64,000 nt of DNA from an uncultured Acidobacteriota bacterium (lineage in GTDB: Bacteria; Acidobacteriota; Terriglobia; UBA7540), in NCBI GenBank assembly GCA_963804995.1, contig CAWDSK010000006.1, forward strand, positions 416,001 through 480,000, given 5' to 3'. Numbering within the stretch: the first letter of the stretch is position 1; every line of letters begins with the position of its first letter. Made by a program: the position numbers and the translations under genes. Below, in pieces: positions 63,647 to 64,000 of this stretch. The notes beneath the pieces were generated by a model. The model made no database searches. It saw nothing but the letters and a program-made list of their open reading frames with translations, and was not told the DNA's origin.

Positions 63647-64000
63647 GTAGCGGGGAGCGCAGGGGTGGACGTCCTTTGCCCTACTCCGCGGCTCGTCATC
63701 TGGCCGCGGGTACGGAACGTCGCAATCCCATGCGAGTATTTTCTCGCGTCGCAGACACGCCATGCCGGCCATTATAGGGCTTGCACCCATGTCCGCAAGT
63801 CGTCATTTCCGAAATTAGAGCCGCGGAGTAGTGCTGAGATGCGCACAACTCTACCTTGCTATTTAAGAACTCCCCGCCTCAGATGAGGAGGGGTGGTGCT
63901 GACAAGATAGTGGATGGCGCTGAAGGACGTGTAGCGCGGACCTGTTTTGTAGGTCCGCGGGTCTTCCCCCCATGACAACGAAAAGCCGCGGACCTCAAGA
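63647..64000. repeat. Mosaic of GTAG REP-like and CCCCTCCT-type repeats (runs off window end)
   Basis: GTAG hairpins at 63647 and 63931; 63819-63851 identical to 62883-62915; 63859-63909 matches parts of 59931-60084. Confidence 0.75.

Overview
Bacterial chromosomal window, most likely Acidobacteriota (Terriglobia-like). This assignment is inferred from the ADOP-type permease, the RpoA N-terminus [12 protein letters not shown] and the gene content. The window has four parts. (1) 1-9.6 kb, accessory genes: a partial secreted TPR protein carrying two in-frame GTAG-type REP doublets, a truncated hdrA'-mvhD-tusA islet, a Gfo/Idh/MocA plus PmoA-like pair, a CocE/NonD hydrolase, a VOC protein and an MFS transporter. 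(2) 9.6-34.9 kb, a co-oriented translation supercluster (rplM-rpsI-rpsB-tsf-pyrH-frr-str-S10-spc-alpha), including a uL30 with a ~100-aa tail and an EF-G with a domain IV insertion. (3) 35-56.5 kb: an AT-rich motif array, a cytochrome P450 and a Myxococcus/Geobacter-style type IV pilus locus (pilB-pilT-pilC[frameshifted]-pilS-pilR-pilA). The locus has two near-identical Ser/Thr-rich pilA copies, each with its own sigma54 promoter and enhancer-like motif, plus two TMTC-like (GT-C + TPR) glycosyltransferase genes, a PAP2/Aur1-like enzyme, a PilG/H/I-like ABC module and lolA. (4) 56.8-64 kb: an HhH-GPD glycosylase, an NtrY-like kinase, an ADOP permease and a secreted hypothetical protein separated by REP/REPIN-like repeat clusters. 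The best candidate for an undescribed system is TMTC-type O-glycosylation of duplicated, homogenised pilins. All family calls come from motif recognition by eye; no searches were run.
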